DNA of 64,000 bases from Syntrophomonadaceae bacterium (lineage in GTDB: Bacteria > Bacillota > Syntrophomonadia > Syntrophomonadales > Syntrophomonadaceae): NCBI GenBank assembly GCA_050949885.1, contig JBMNGO010000007.1:103549-167548 (forward strand). Direction: 5' to 3'. Positions 20,234 to 29,730 of this stretch are shown here, piece after piece. Each line of letters starts with the position of its first letter. Within the stretch, counting starts at the first letter, position 1. The notes beneath the pieces are model-generated. The model had not been told where the DNA came from. It was given only the letters and a program-made list of their open reading frames with translations, and ran no database searches. The translations under genes were made by a program, and so were the position numbers.

Positions 20234-21076
20234 GTGATGAAAATTATGGTACTGGGAGCAGGTACTATGGGGGCAGGCATAGTGCAAACAGCTGCACAGG
20301 CCGGGTTCGAAGTTATTGTAAGAGACATTAAACAGGAATTCGTTGACAAGGGTATCCAGGGCATCGCCAAGAATCTCGAAAAGAGTGTAGCTAAAGGCAA
20401 AATGGCAGCCGAAGACAAAGATGCTATTATGGGAAGAATTTCAGGGACAGTTGATATGGCGGTTGCCAAAGATGTTGACCTGGTTATCGAAGCTGCCATT
20501 GAAAATATGGAAATTAAAAAAACCATCTTTAAAGAACTGGATGAAATTTGCAAACCAGAATGTATCTTAGCTTCTAATACTTCAGCCCTCAGCATAACCG
20601 AAATAGGGGCGGCTACCGGCCGTGCCGACAAAGTTATCGGAATGCATTTCTTCAACCCAGTTCCTGCCATGAAACTGGTGGAGATTATAAAGGGCGCATC
20701 AACCAGTCAGGAAACCTTTGACAAGGTAAAGGCAATAAGCGAGCAAATGGGCAAATCACCGGTACAAATCAACGAAGCTCCTGGCTTTGTAGTAAACCGG
20801 CTATTAATACCCATGCTCAATGAAGCTATGTATGCAGTAATGGAAGGCGTAGCCAATGCCGAAGATGTGGACACCTCCATGAAGTTTGGTGCCGGACATC
20901 CCATGGGGCCCTTGGCTTTAGCGGATATGATCGGGCTTGATATCTGCTTGGCCATTATGCAGACTCTTCATCGGGAATTCGGCGATGACAAATATCGTCC
21001 CTGCCCGCTGTTAGCTAAAATGGTTCGTGCCAACAAGCTGGGCCGCAAGACCGGCGAAGGCTTCTTCAAATATTAA
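20234..21076 (+). CDS. hbd: 3-hydroxybutyryl-CoA dehydrogenase
   Basis: NAD fold [13 protein letters not shown], plus GFVVNRLL and [15 protein letters not shown] motifs. The start could instead be the ATG at 20237. Confidence 0.9.
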   Translation: MMKIMVLGAGTMGAGIVQTAAQAGFEVIVRDIKQEFVDKGIQGIAKNLEKSVAKGKMAAEDKDAIMGRISGTVDMAVAKDVDLVIEAAIENMEIKKTIFKELDEICKPECILASNTSALSITEIGAATGRADKVIGMHFFNPVPAMKLVEIIKGASTSQETFDKVKAISEQMGKSPVQINEAPGFVVNRLLIPMLNEAMYAVMEGVANAEDVDTSMKFGAGHPMGPLALADMIGLDICLAIMQTLHREFGDDKYRPCPLLAKMVRANKLGRKTGEGFFKY

Positions 21077-21089
21077 AAATAAAAATAAA

Positions 21090-21112
21090 GGGGCAGCAGA
21101 ACATGCTGCCCC
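21090..21112. terminator. bidirectional terminator between convergent hbd and mop-like genes
   Basis: 9-bp GC-rich stem GGGGCAGCA/TGCTGCCCC. An A-run lies upstream and a T-rich stretch lies on the opposite strand. Confidence 0.7.
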
Positions 21113-21122
21113 TTAACATTTC

Positions 21123-21356
21123 TTACACCCCATAATCCCTTTCTTCTTTGGAATCCTTGATAATAGTCACATCAGTTGAATTAAATAGAGCAAAAACTTC
21201 ATTGCCTTCAGCCAGGTTCATAGCTTCGGCAGCTGCATTGGTTACTGTAGCGGTAACGGGGCGATCGCCGATATCAATAATTACTTCGGTAATATCATGC
21301 CCTGGTTTTATTTTCATAATCTTTCCCACCAGTTTATTAGGATCACTGATTCTCAT
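21123..21356 (-). CDS. TOBE/Mop-type molybdopterin(molybdate)-binding domain protein
   Basis: 77 aa starting MRISDPNKLVGKI...TEVIIDIG. The start is moved to the ATG at 21356, 10 nt after AAGGAGG. Confidence 0.7.
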   Translation of the reverse strand: MRISDPNKLVGKIMKIKPGHDITEVIIDIGDRPVTATVTNAAAEAMNLAEGNEVFALFNSTDVTIIKDSKEERDYGV

Positions 21357-21613
21357 TCTTAGCCAACCTCCTTTACATATATTTTGCGCAGATATATAAA
21401 AGTTTATTTGCAAGGGGATGGCGTTAGGCGTTATTACCAGGCTGATGTAATCATGCCAATGAAAACGGCTTTTTTACATGTATCGGCTGTGGTCACTATT
21501 TGATGCAATTGTACAGGTTTAGGCTTATTTGGATCATAATGAATAAACTACCTTCTATCTGGCAAACTATTCTAAACCAGCCTAATAAAGAAGGGGACTA
21601 AGGAGACAACTTT

Positions 21614-23182
21614 ATGCGCTATTTAAGCACCAGGAATCAGGCAACTGATATGACGCTGACGCCCAACAAAATCCTTTCTCAATCATTGTCTGCGGATTTG
21701 CAGCAGAACATAAGTAACCTGAACATTTTGCTGGATAAATGTTCGGACGCAATAATGAGGCCTTTTGCTTTTGGCAGTAAAAAAACCACCAAATGCCTTT
21801 TGCTTTATTTTGACGGCTTGGCCGATAAAGCGCAAATCGAAGATCATATACTAAAAAACCTCCTGATGGAACTCAACATGTTAAATGAAGACTCTCTTAC
21901 CCAAGAGGGATCTCTCCTTGATTTTATTAAGGAACGAGTATTGAGCTTGTCAAGTATAAAAGTAGTGGCCTCCTTTGAGGAGCTATCTCATTCCATGAAT
22001 TCCGGCGATGCCATAATAATGATTGACGGATACAAGCAGGCCCTGGCAGCTGGAACCCGCTTCTGGAAAACCCGCGCCATTGAAAGCCCCAATAACGAAA
22101 GCACTATTCAGGGGCCCAAGGAAGGTTTCACTGAAACCCTGCGTGTAAATACCGCCCTGTTAAGGCGCAGGCTCAGATCTGCCCAGCTGAAAATGGAAAC
22201 CACCATTTTGGGTAGAATTAGCAAAACTGATGTTGTCATAATCTATCTGGAAGGGATTGCTCCTCCCGAAGTATTAGCCCAGGTTAAAGATCGCCTGAAT
22301 GCCATTGATATTGACAGCATACTGGATACGGGTTATCTGGAAGAGTATCTGTTCCAACCCAGGTTTAGTATCTTTTCCCAGGTCCAATATACAGAAAAAC
22401 CGGACAGGGTCTGTGGTATGCTCCTGGAAGGGAAAGTTTGTATTATGGTAGAAGGGTCACCAATGGCTATGGTTTTGCCTACTTCTTTTCCCCAGTTTCT
22501 AAATGCAGCGGAAGACTATTATCAACACTTTATTACCGGCTCTCTTTTTCGTTTGTTACGTTTTGGCGCATTTGTAATTGCCCTGTTTTTGCCTTCACTA
22601 TATGTAGCTATTATATCTTTCCATCAGGAAATGCTCCCTACCAATCTTTATCTAACCATTTCTTCCAGCCGGGAAGGGATTCCGTTTCCTGCAATAGTTG
22701 AAGCATTATTGATGGAAGCAACCTTTGAACTGTTACGGGAAGCCGGACTAAGGCTACCCCAAGTAATAGGACCGGCGGTTAGCATAGTGGGAGCATTGAT
22801 AATAGGTGATGCAGCAGTTCGTGCGGGACTGGTTTCTTCTTTGATGGTAGTTGTGGTAGCTTTTACTGGGATTGCTTCATTTGTTGTTCCGGTTTATAAC
22901 GGCAGCCTGATAATCCGCATTACCCGCTTTGGTATATTAATGACGGCTGGTCTTTTTGGTTTGCCTGGTATAATAATGTTCTTACTGCTGATAATAATCA
23001 GAACAGCCTCTATTCAAAACCTGGGACAGCCTTACCTGGAGCCTTTATCACCTCTTAACCTGCGGCAAATGACTGACATCATAGTACGCCGACCCTGGTC
23101 TAATAATGCCATGAGGCCAAATACCCCAGGTATGGAGAATAAAAAGAGACAGAATATTAAAGACATGGGTAACGGTGAGTAG
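21614..23182 (+). CDS. spore germination receptor subunit A (GerA/GerKA family)
   Basis: 522 aa. GerA-family core with a C-terminal membrane region. First gene of an A-C-B operon. Confidence 0.9.
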   Translation: MRYLSTRNQATDMTLTPNKILSQSLSADLQQNISNLNILLDKCSDAIMRPFAFGSKKTTKCLLLYFDGLADKAQIEDHILKNLLMELNMLNEDSLTQEGSLLDFIKERVLSLSSIKVVASFEELSHSMNSGDAIIMIDGYKQALAAGTRFWKTRAIESPNNESTIQGPKEGFTETLRVNTALLRRRLRSAQLKMETTILGRISKTDVVIIYLEGIAPPEVLAQVKDRLNAIDIDSILDTGYLEEYLFQPRFSIFSQVQYTEKPDRVCGMLLEGKVCIMVEGSPMAMVLPTSFPQFLNAAEDYYQHFITGSLFRLLRFGAFVIALFLPSLYVAIISFHQEMLPTNLYLTISSSREGIPFPAIVEALLMEATFELLREAGLRLPQVIGPAVSIVGALIIGDAAVRAGLVSSLMVVVVAFTGIASFVVPVYNGSLIIRITRFGILMTAGLFGLPGIIMFLLLIIIRTASIQNLGQPYLEPLSPLNLRQMTDIIVRRPWSNNAMRPNTPGMENKKRQNIKDMGNGE

Positions 23183-24365
23183 AATGAGCAAATCCCTTAT
23201 CATAAGCCTGATCATCATTAGTTGTCTAGCTTTGCCGGGATGTTTCAATTTTGTGGACATAGACGATACAGTAGCCGTAGTTGCTTACGGTTGGGATATT
23301 GATGGTGAACATAAAATATTATCAGCACAGATAGCCCTGCCCCAACCAACATCATCAGAATCAATTGGCAGTGGGGCCAGTTCCAAATATGTGGTGGTAT
23401 CCCGCCGTGGTCCCACATTCACTGAGGCTGCCCGAACAATGAACCTGAGTTTGCCCCGTAAACCTCTCTGGGAAATGGCTGATGTTCTGGTGGTGAGTGA
23501 GCAAGTAGCCAAAACTGATGCCGTGCTATATATTGATTCAGTTGTGCGTAATCCCCGCATACGGTATAATACTCAATTTTTTCTAGCTAAAGGGGTACGC
23601 ACCGAGGAAATTTTCCAAGTGCCCATTCCACCGGAAGAGTCTGCTGGCGCCGGACTGGAACAATTAATTGATATCCAGCGAAATATAATCGGGATTTATA
23701 CTCCAGTTAAAATAAAGGATTTCTTAGTTAAATTAGCTGCGGAGGGCATCCAGCCAATAATTCCCCAGATAACAGTTTCCAAACAGGACGGGCGGGAAAC
23801 CCTTTTATTATCAGGTACTGCAATATTCCAAAACCGCCGAATGGTAGGATCTTTAGATGCAGAGCAATCCCGGGGATTAGCCTTATTAACACCGGGAGCA
23901 GCAAGTATGGGTCTTATCCATATTAGTAGTTCCCAATTTGCCAATAAACACGGAAATCCCATATATGAGAGAATTGCCCTGGAAATAGGTGATTACCAGC
24001 CAAAAACCGAGTTTAGGATCAATGGCGACGAGATTACCTTCAATATTGAAATAGAGGTTGATGTCAATATCATTGAGAGAAGTAGTACTAAAGATGTTTT
24101 CTTCCTTGACACAGTCAGAGCCATAGAAAGGGAGGCTGCTCGGCAACTGCAAAAAGACGTAATGTCTTGTATTGAAAAGGCGCAAAGTTTAAAAAGTGAT
24201 ATTTTTGGCTGGGGATTGACCATAAAACGCAAAAATCCACAGGAATGGAAATTAATGAGAGAACATTGGGATGAAAACATATTTCCTAAGGTTAAAAGTA
24301 ATGTTACTGTTACTTGTCACTTAAGAAAAATCTATCTGGAGAGACAAGGTTTTAACTTTAATTAA
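23175..24365 (+). CDS. spore germination receptor subunit C (Ger(x)C lipoprotein)
   Basis: Lipobox LALPGC. About 390 aa. Overlaps the A-subunit stop. Confidence 0.85.
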   Translation: MSRMSKSLIISLIIISCLALPGCFNFVDIDDTVAVVAYGWDIDGEHKILSAQIALPQPTSSESIGSGASSKYVVVSRRGPTFTEAARTMNLSLPRKPLWEMADVLVVSEQVAKTDAVLYIDSVVRNPRIRYNTQFFLAKGVRTEEIFQVPIPPEESAGAGLEQLIDIQRNIIGIYTPVKIKDFLVKLAAEGIQPIIPQITVSKQDGRETLLLSGTAIFQNRRMVGSLDAEQSRGLALLTPGAASMGLIHISSSQFANKHGNPIYERIALEIGDYQPKTEFRINGDEITFNIEIEVDVNIIERSSTKDVFFLDTVRAIEREAARQLQKDVMSCIEKAQSLKSDIFGWGLTIKRKNPQEWKLMREHWDENIFPKVKSNVTVTCHLRKIYLERQGFNFN

Positions 24366-24473
24366 AGGAGATTCTAACACTGCCAAGGGACGGCTTATTA
24401 ATGCATGGTAGAATTGGCGGCCAAACAGGCTTCACAAATTTAAGGAAACCCTGGGCGAAAAAAGGAGGGTTTA

Positions 24474-25571
24474 ATGCTGCAGATTAGCAATAACCAATTA
24501 TTTTGCATATTATTTTTGACCATTGCACCCTGTTTTGGGGCCTTATGACCAACTATATTGGCGGGAGTTTCCGCTAATCATGCCTGGCTTACAGTAATAT
24601 TAACCAGTATCCCCGGTTTGTTCCTGATAATGGTCTATACCGGGTTACTGGAAAAAAGCTCAAATACGTTTCCTATAATGCTTGAGGAGCATCTGGGTAA
24701 AATTGCCGGAAAGATCCTGGCCATTATATATATTGCTGTTTTTGCCCTATTATCTATCCTTTATCTCCGCTTTTACGAAGAATTCATTATTAATAATGTA
24801 CTTCTGGGCAGCCCGGTCAGTGCACTGCTGATGATTATTGTTATTCCGGGATTCTATGCTATTTACTGTGGTACCCAGGTAATGGCCCGGGTGAGTGAAA
24901 TTGTTTTTATAGTGGCTTTTCCTCTGGCGATTTTGCTCCTTTTAGCGGGAATGACAGAAAAGCCTGACTTTGCCAACTTATTGCCCCTAACTAACATCAG
25001 TCCTGTCAATCTTTTGGAGGCAGTTTATCTGAATACCTGGCATGTTGGTAATATGGTTCTAATTCTGGCCCTGTATAGTTTTTGCCAGCAAAATGTGAGA
25101 GTAATCAAAACTATGCTGATCAGGGTTACTCTTGTTCTGGTCCTTTATTTATCTACAGAAATGCTGGTGATTCTTATTGTACTGGGGGCTGACCTGACTG
25201 CCACTCAGTCCTTTCCTTTATTCGAAATAGCAAGGAATATCGAACTTGGAGGCTTTATACGCAATTTAGAAGTTTTCTTTATTTCTTCATTTATTATGGG
25301 TATTTGCATATCCGTAACCATTTTCTGGTTTATGGCCTGCTATTGTACTCAAAAAGTTTTTAATCTGAAGGATTACCGCTTCCTGGCTGCCCCAGCAGGC
25401 ATAATCATAGCTTTTGGCTCTATTCTCATCAGCCCCAATACCTTTTGGGTTTTCAGCATCCTGGAAAAAATCGCACCGATCTTCTTCGGAGTCTTTTTTG
25501 TACTGATTCCCATTCTTTTATACCTAATTGCCTTAATAAAATCCCGTCTTGCACCAGGCACAAAAGCCTAA
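24474..25571 (+). pseudogene. spore germination receptor subunit B (GerAB-type permease) interrupted by an in-frame TGA
   Basis: ATG 24474 follows AAAGGAGGG and encodes MLQISNNQLFCILFLTIAPCFGAL. A TGA at 24546..24548 follows, then the same frame continues (PTILAGVSANHAWL...) to 25571. Confidence 0.75.
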
Positions 25572-25576
25572 AAGTA

Positions 25577-25602
25577 ATCACGGGGACAGGTACCTTGATT
25601 CT
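25577..25602. repeat. dispersed repeat, solo arm (ATCACGGGGACAGGTACCTTGATTCT)
   Basis: Same motif is found at 42908, 49551 and, as an inverted pair, at 50393/50453. Lies 6 nt after the gerXB stop. Confidence 0.75.
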
Positions 25603-25725
25603 GCCGTATTTTCTTCATCCTTAAACCAACCATAAGCTGGTCCTAATTATATCAGCATAGGCTGGCAGTTGTATCTGGATGGTGTATCACAGTTGGAGCA
25701 GTCCCGCTGGAATAGGTAAGCAAGA

Positions 25726-26427
25726 TCAGCTAGATGAAACATGAGGCCAAAACCTCACGGTACCTGCAATCCTGTCAAATAAGTCTTGGTCCTCGTCATT
25801 AATTGTGTGGGAGTAGAAGACTATGGAAAAACCATAATTACTATAGGTGATGCGATAAACATGAGGATGCCAGCTGCCCATTTCAGTGGCAATTCTAGTT
25901 ACAGTCCTGGATCCTTTATAGGAACTGACCGGAAAATCCGTTTTGGTCAGCAGCTCCCCATCACCGACTGCTGACGGGTTATAAGTCAAGAACTCGGCTT
26001 CCTGTCCGGGCTTAAGCAGGACAACCGGCGGAATTTCAGCTACTTTTTGACTATTGTCGTCATAAAAGACTGTGTAGCTCATGGTCCAATTACCCGGAAA
26101 ATGAAGCGAAAACACAAGCTCTTCACTGTCCTGCAGCGGCTGCGAGCCGCACTCCGTTAATTCGCTTAAGGGTACCCTGGCCTCCAGCTTTTTCCAACCC
26201 GGTATTTGATCTGATTCAGTTATTCTCATGTTATCAGCTTCATTTGCCTCAATAGCCACAGGCACAATTTCCGTAGTTTCAGGCTGATCAGATAATTGTG
26301 TTTCCTCCACTGCGCTGCCCTCTGGTATATCGGATACACTTGGCACAACTGAATTTTCACAGCCGCTTATCACTAACAACATAAGACTGATAAAAACCGC
26401 TGTTTTACTAAATATTGTATTTTTCAT
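25726..26427 (-). CDS. hypothetical lipoprotein
   Basis: Signal peptide plus lipobox (LLVISGC). 233 aa. No family recognised. Confidence 0.65.
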   Translation of the reverse strand: MKNTIFSKTAVFISLMLLVISGCENSVVPSVSDIPEGSAVEETQLSDQPETTEIVPVAIEANEADNMRITESDQIPGWKKLEARVPLSELTECGSQPLQDSEELVFSLHFPGNWTMSYTVFYDDNSQKVAEIPPVVLLKPGQEAEFLTYNPSAVGDGELLTKTDFPVSSYKGSRTVTRIATEMGSWHPHVYRITYSNYGFSIVFYSHTINDEDQDLFDRIAGTVRFWPHVSSS

Positions 26428-26688
26428 CCGGTCATTCTCCTGATTTCCAATTCTTACTTTAACCCTAATATAATAGGTCAGTCAGAACAAGAATAAAATT
26501 CAACTTATCCGCAATGAAGGGGAAAAGCCCAATAATGGCGCATTTAAAATATGACAATAATGTTCTGCTTTTCTGTTTATGTCCTATTTGTGTAGCAGGC
26601 AATTTACAAATACAAGCTAACCACATGTATCCACACTTGATAAATTCGATCTTGCCAAGGAACCAGAGGTCAACAATAACCCTATGAC

Positions 26689-26889
26689 TTGGTTGTTACT
26701 GACACAGAGTGGGAAAGTATATTCATGGGACCAAAGGCGAAGTACCCTGACTTTGGGGATTATCGTTTCACTGGAGGATTTTACTCGACAATTGGTCTGG
26801 GTCAGGAATTTAAAGGTTATCATTATAAATTGGTAGTGGCAGTTATCCCTGCAGAAGAACTGGAAGCCGAGCTAAGTGATTGGGAGTAG
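26689..26889 (+). CDS. small hypothetical protein or gene fragment
   Basis: 66-aa ORF with plausible composition but a TTG start, no clear RBS and an in-frame stop immediately upstream. Confidence 0.25.
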   Translation: MVVTDTEWESIFMGPKAKYPDFGDYRFTGGFYSTIGLGQEFKGYHYKLVVAVIPAEELEAELSDWE

Positions 26890-26928
26890 CGATATAGTAA
26901 AGTGAATCAGCAAAATAGCCAAAACAAA

Positions 26929-26953
26929 AGAGGGCTCACACCCTCTATTTTTC
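26929..26953. terminator. bidirectional intrinsic terminator closing the tRNA-Leu/array transcription unit
   Basis: AGAGGG-CTCACA-CCCTCT hairpin flanked by AAAACAAA and ATTTTTCTT. On the minus strand it is followed by TTTGTTTT. Confidence 0.65.
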
Positions 26954-26958
26954 TTGTA

Positions 26959-27627
26959 TGGTGCCAGAGGTGGGACTCGCCTGTACCCGGAGGGTGAACC
27001 CACACGCCTCGCGGCACACGATTACTTATTTTCTTATGGTGCCAGAGGTGGGACTCGCCTGTACCCGGAGGGTGAACCCACACGCCTCGCGGCACACGCC
27101 AGGTGCCGGGTGGGACCGCCTGTCCCGGAGGGTGCCCCCGCCTCGCGGCCCGTCTTACTGGTGCCAGAGGTGGGACTCGCCTGTACCCGGAGGGTGAACC
27201 CACACGCCTCGCGGCACACGATTACTTATTCTCTTATGGTGCCAGAGGTGGGACTCGCCTGTACCCGGAGGGTGAACCCACACGCCTCGCGGCACACGAT
27301 TACTTATTTCTCTTATGGTGCCAGAGGTGGGACTCGCCTGTACCCGGAGGGTGAACCCACACGCCTCGCGGCACACGATTACTTATTCTCTTATGGTGCC
27401 AGAGGTGGGACTCGCCTGTACCCGGAGGGTGAACCCACACGCCTCGCGGCACACGATTACTTATTCTCTTATGGTGCCAGAGGTGGGACTCGCCTGTACC
27501 CGGAGGGTGAACCCACACGCCTCGCGGCACACGATTACTTATTCTCTTATGGTGCCAGAGGTGGGACTCGCCTGTACCCGGAGGGTGAACCCACACGCCT
27601 CGCGGCACACGATTACTTATTCTCTTA
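26959..27627 (-). repeat. tandem array of tRNA-Leu 3'-half-like units (8 units of 78-79 nt plus 1 diverged GC-rich 60-nt unit)
   Basis: Unit boundaries on + coordinates are 26959, 27037, 27159, 27237, 27316, 27394, 27472 and 27550. The diverged unit is 27099..27158. Each unit ends in ...GTCCCACCTCTGGCACCA, identical to the 3' end of the adjacent tRNA. Confidence 0.9.
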
Positions 27628-27712
27628 TGGTGCCAGAGGTGGGACTCGAACCCACACGCCTCGCGGCACACGATTTTGAGTCGCGCTCGTCTGCCAATTC
27701 CGACACTCTGGC
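27628..27712 (-). tRNA. tRNA-Leu (anticodon CAA), class II, CCA encoded
   Basis: Reverse complement folds as GCCAGAG-TG-TCG(GAATTGGCAGA)CGA-G-CGCGA(CTCAAAA)TCGTG, then a 13-nt variable arm, then GTGGG(TTCGAGT)CCCAC-CTCTGGC-ACCA. Confidence 0.9.
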
Positions 27713-27740
27713 TGATTTATTCACTTCCGATGCAACCATT

Positions 27741-27769
27741 ATTATAATTGTCCCCTGAACCCTTGTCAA
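27741..27769 (-). promoter_or_regulatory. consensus sigma-A promoter of tRNA-Leu(CAA)
   Basis: Minus strand reads TTGACA (27769..27764), a 17-nt spacer, then TATAAT (27746..27741), about 28 nt upstream of the mature tRNA 5' end. Confidence 0.75.
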
Positions 27770-27935
27770 CCAAAGATTCGCTCTATCACCTAAAGGGCGG
27801 CATAAGCTGTACCTGCTGTCATAAGAAGGCAGATTTGGGATAAAGGATATTTGAGGGTTAATGGCGAAACATATCAAGTAAATTGGATTTTGTCTCCCCA
27901 TTTCTTGACAATTTATCATAAGGGAGAAGTTAGGA

Positions 27936-28517
27936 ATGATATCGGAAGAATTGTTAGTTAAGCAGAGCCGTCAGGGAGATCTGAAGGCTTTTGAAGAACT
28001 TGTATTGCTTTATCAGGATAAAATATATGCACTGGCTTATAGATACCTAGGTAATGAAGAAGATGCTAATGATCTGGCTCAAGAGGCATTTATCAAGGCT
28101 TTTAGATCATTATCCTCATTTAAGGGGGAATCAGGTTTTGGCACCTGGTTGTTCCGTATAGCCAGCAACCTATGCTTGGACGAACTGCGAGGAAGGAAAA
28201 GACGGATCAAATGCCTTTCCCTGGATGAGCCGGTAATTACATCCCAGGGTGAGGAACTACCCAAAGAAATACCGGATCTCTCAGCAGCGGTGGATGACAA
28301 ATACGAGAAAAAAGAGCTCTCATTATACATACAGAAACTACTTAACGAGTTAAAACCAGATTATAAGGCAATCATCGTATTAAGGGACATGATGGGTTTT
28401 AGTTACGAGGAAATAGCAGAAATTTTGAAATGTTCTCAAGGCACTGTAAAGAGTCGTCTTAATCGCGCCAGGGCCATTTTAAGAAAAAAGTTGTTAAAGA
28501 GGGAACTTTTGCCTTAA
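27936..28517 (+). CDS. ECF-type RNA polymerase sigma factor (sigma-70 family)
   Basis: 193 aa. Region 2 (DLAQEAFIKAF, FGTWLFRIASN) and region 4 HTH (SYEEIAEILKCSQGTVKSRLNRAR). Confidence 0.9.
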   Translation: MISEELLVKQSRQGDLKAFEELVLLYQDKIYALAYRYLGNEEDANDLAQEAFIKAFRSLSSFKGESGFGTWLFRIASNLCLDELRGRKRRIKCLSLDEPVITSQGEELPKEIPDLSAAVDDKYEKKELSLYIQKLLNELKPDYKAIIVLRDMMGFSYEEIAEILKCSQGTVKSRLNRARAILRKKLLKRELLP

Positions 28518-28551
28518 TACCTCGTCTAAAGAAACGAGGAGGATATACTTA

Positions 28552-29730
28552 ATGAAATGCAGGCATATTAGAGAATTTTTCTCTGTTTATCTTGACAAAG
28601 AGGCCAATGAAACCGTAAATGATGCTGTTACAGCTCATATTGCGGTTTGTCCAAAATGCCGCGAAGAACTTGAACAATTAAAGAAAATAATTGATAGCCT
28701 GCAGAAAACGGAATCAATACAGCCCCCGCCTGACTTCTCCCGGCTGGTTATGAACCGTTTACGGGAAGAAAAATATGGACTTTGGTCTTCTAACCGCACC
28801 AAGGGACGTAAAAGGGCCGGAGGCTTTATTGCTGCGGTGGCCGCAATAGCCCTGATGGTAGGTATCGGCACCAGCAGTTATTTTGGTGAGATGTGCGAAA
28901 AAATAGCGGCTGCGTGGGCCAAGAAGAATCCAGAGAAGAAAGCTGCTACTAATATTTCCGTTGACGATATACTCAACCGTCTTAATCTTCCCGACATTTT
29001 ACAAAACAACGAAAAAGGGGAGGAAGCCGGGTCTGAAAAGACGGATAATGCCCAAGAAAGTCAAGTGAAAGTAGCCACCCGAACGGTTCCACAGGAGAAT
29101 GAGCCCGTCAACTCAGGTGGTTCCGAAACAACTGATCCGGTCATTCCTTTAGAAGCAGAGGAAAATCCCCCAACTACCCCTGAACTGGCAGAAGAGAATC
29201 CCATTACCATGACTCTGTTGGAAGCAGAGGAGGAGCCCGACGCCTCCACGGAGCAGGCAATTGAGAAAAATAGACTGGTGTTTTCCCAGGAAATAATAGT
29301 AAAAGATATACCTGAAGCTGTTGTAGGAGCAGAAAAGATTGCTATTGATTTGGGTGCCTCATGTACCTATCTGTCGCCTGAACAACTGCTGGCATCCTAT
29401 CCTGATAAAAAGTACAGCGGAATAATAGTCACCCTGGACAGGGAGAAAGAGAGCAGCTTTTTCACCCAGCTTGAAGCAATGGGAGCCGTTACTGACCTGG
29501 GTGAAGAAATAGTGGACATGTCCGATGAATATTTGGAAATAGACAAGAAACTGGAATCCATTGCCGGCGAACTTATTGAAATCTCCAGGAAGAGAGATTT
29601 AAAGAAAGAGGATCAGGATAGATTGCAAGAATTGAATATTGATTTGCAGGAAGCCCTTAATCACCGAACTGAGTTGGATAAGCTATTAACTACTTCAACT
29701 ATCTATGTTTATTTTGCCGAACAGTATTGA
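28552..29730 (+). CDS. anti-sigma factor (zf-HC2) with single TM segment and large extracytoplasmic domain
   Basis: N-terminal H-x3-C-x2-C (AHIAVCPKC), a central TM segment, and a position immediately after the ECF sigma gene. Confidence 0.75.
   Translation: MKCRHIREFFSVYLDKEANETVNDAVTAHIAVCPKCREELEQLKKIIDSLQKTESIQPPPDFSRLVMNRLREEKYGLWSSNRTKGRKRAGGFIAAVAAIALMVGIGTSSYFGEMCEKIAAAWAKKNPEKKAATNISVDDILNRLNLPDILQNNEKGEEAGSEKTDNAQESQVKVATRTVPQENEPVNSGGSETTDPVIPLEAEENPPTTPELAEENPITMTLLEAEEEPDASTEQAIEKNRLVFSQEIIVKDIPEAVVGAEKIAIDLGASCTYLSPEQLLASYPDKKYSGIIVTLDREKESSFFTQLEAMGAVTDLGEEIVDMSDEYLEIDKKLESIAGELIEISRKRDLKKEDQDRLQELNIDLQEALNHRTELDKLLTTSTIYVYFAEQY

Noticed and set aside
24546-24548. Selenocysteine recoding of the in-frame TGA in gerXB.
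   Set aside because: The context is a non-redox membrane permease at a poorly conserved N-terminal position. No evident SECIS-like stem-loop lies directly downstream. A nonsense mutation or sequencing error is more likely.
26959-27627. CRISPR array interpretation of the 78-nt periodic repeat.
   Set aside because: The units are contiguous and essentially identical throughout, so there is no alternation of conserved repeats with unique spacers. No cas genes are in the window. The unit is clearly derived from the adjacent tRNA.
26907-27919. Many overlapping ORFs on both strands (up to 241 aa, with repetitive YGARGGTRLYPEGEPTRLAAHDYLFS-type translations).
   Set aside because: They are translations of the 78-nt tRNA-like tandem repeat in several frames and on both strands. 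There are no RBSs. The periodic protein sequence simply mirrors the DNA repeat.
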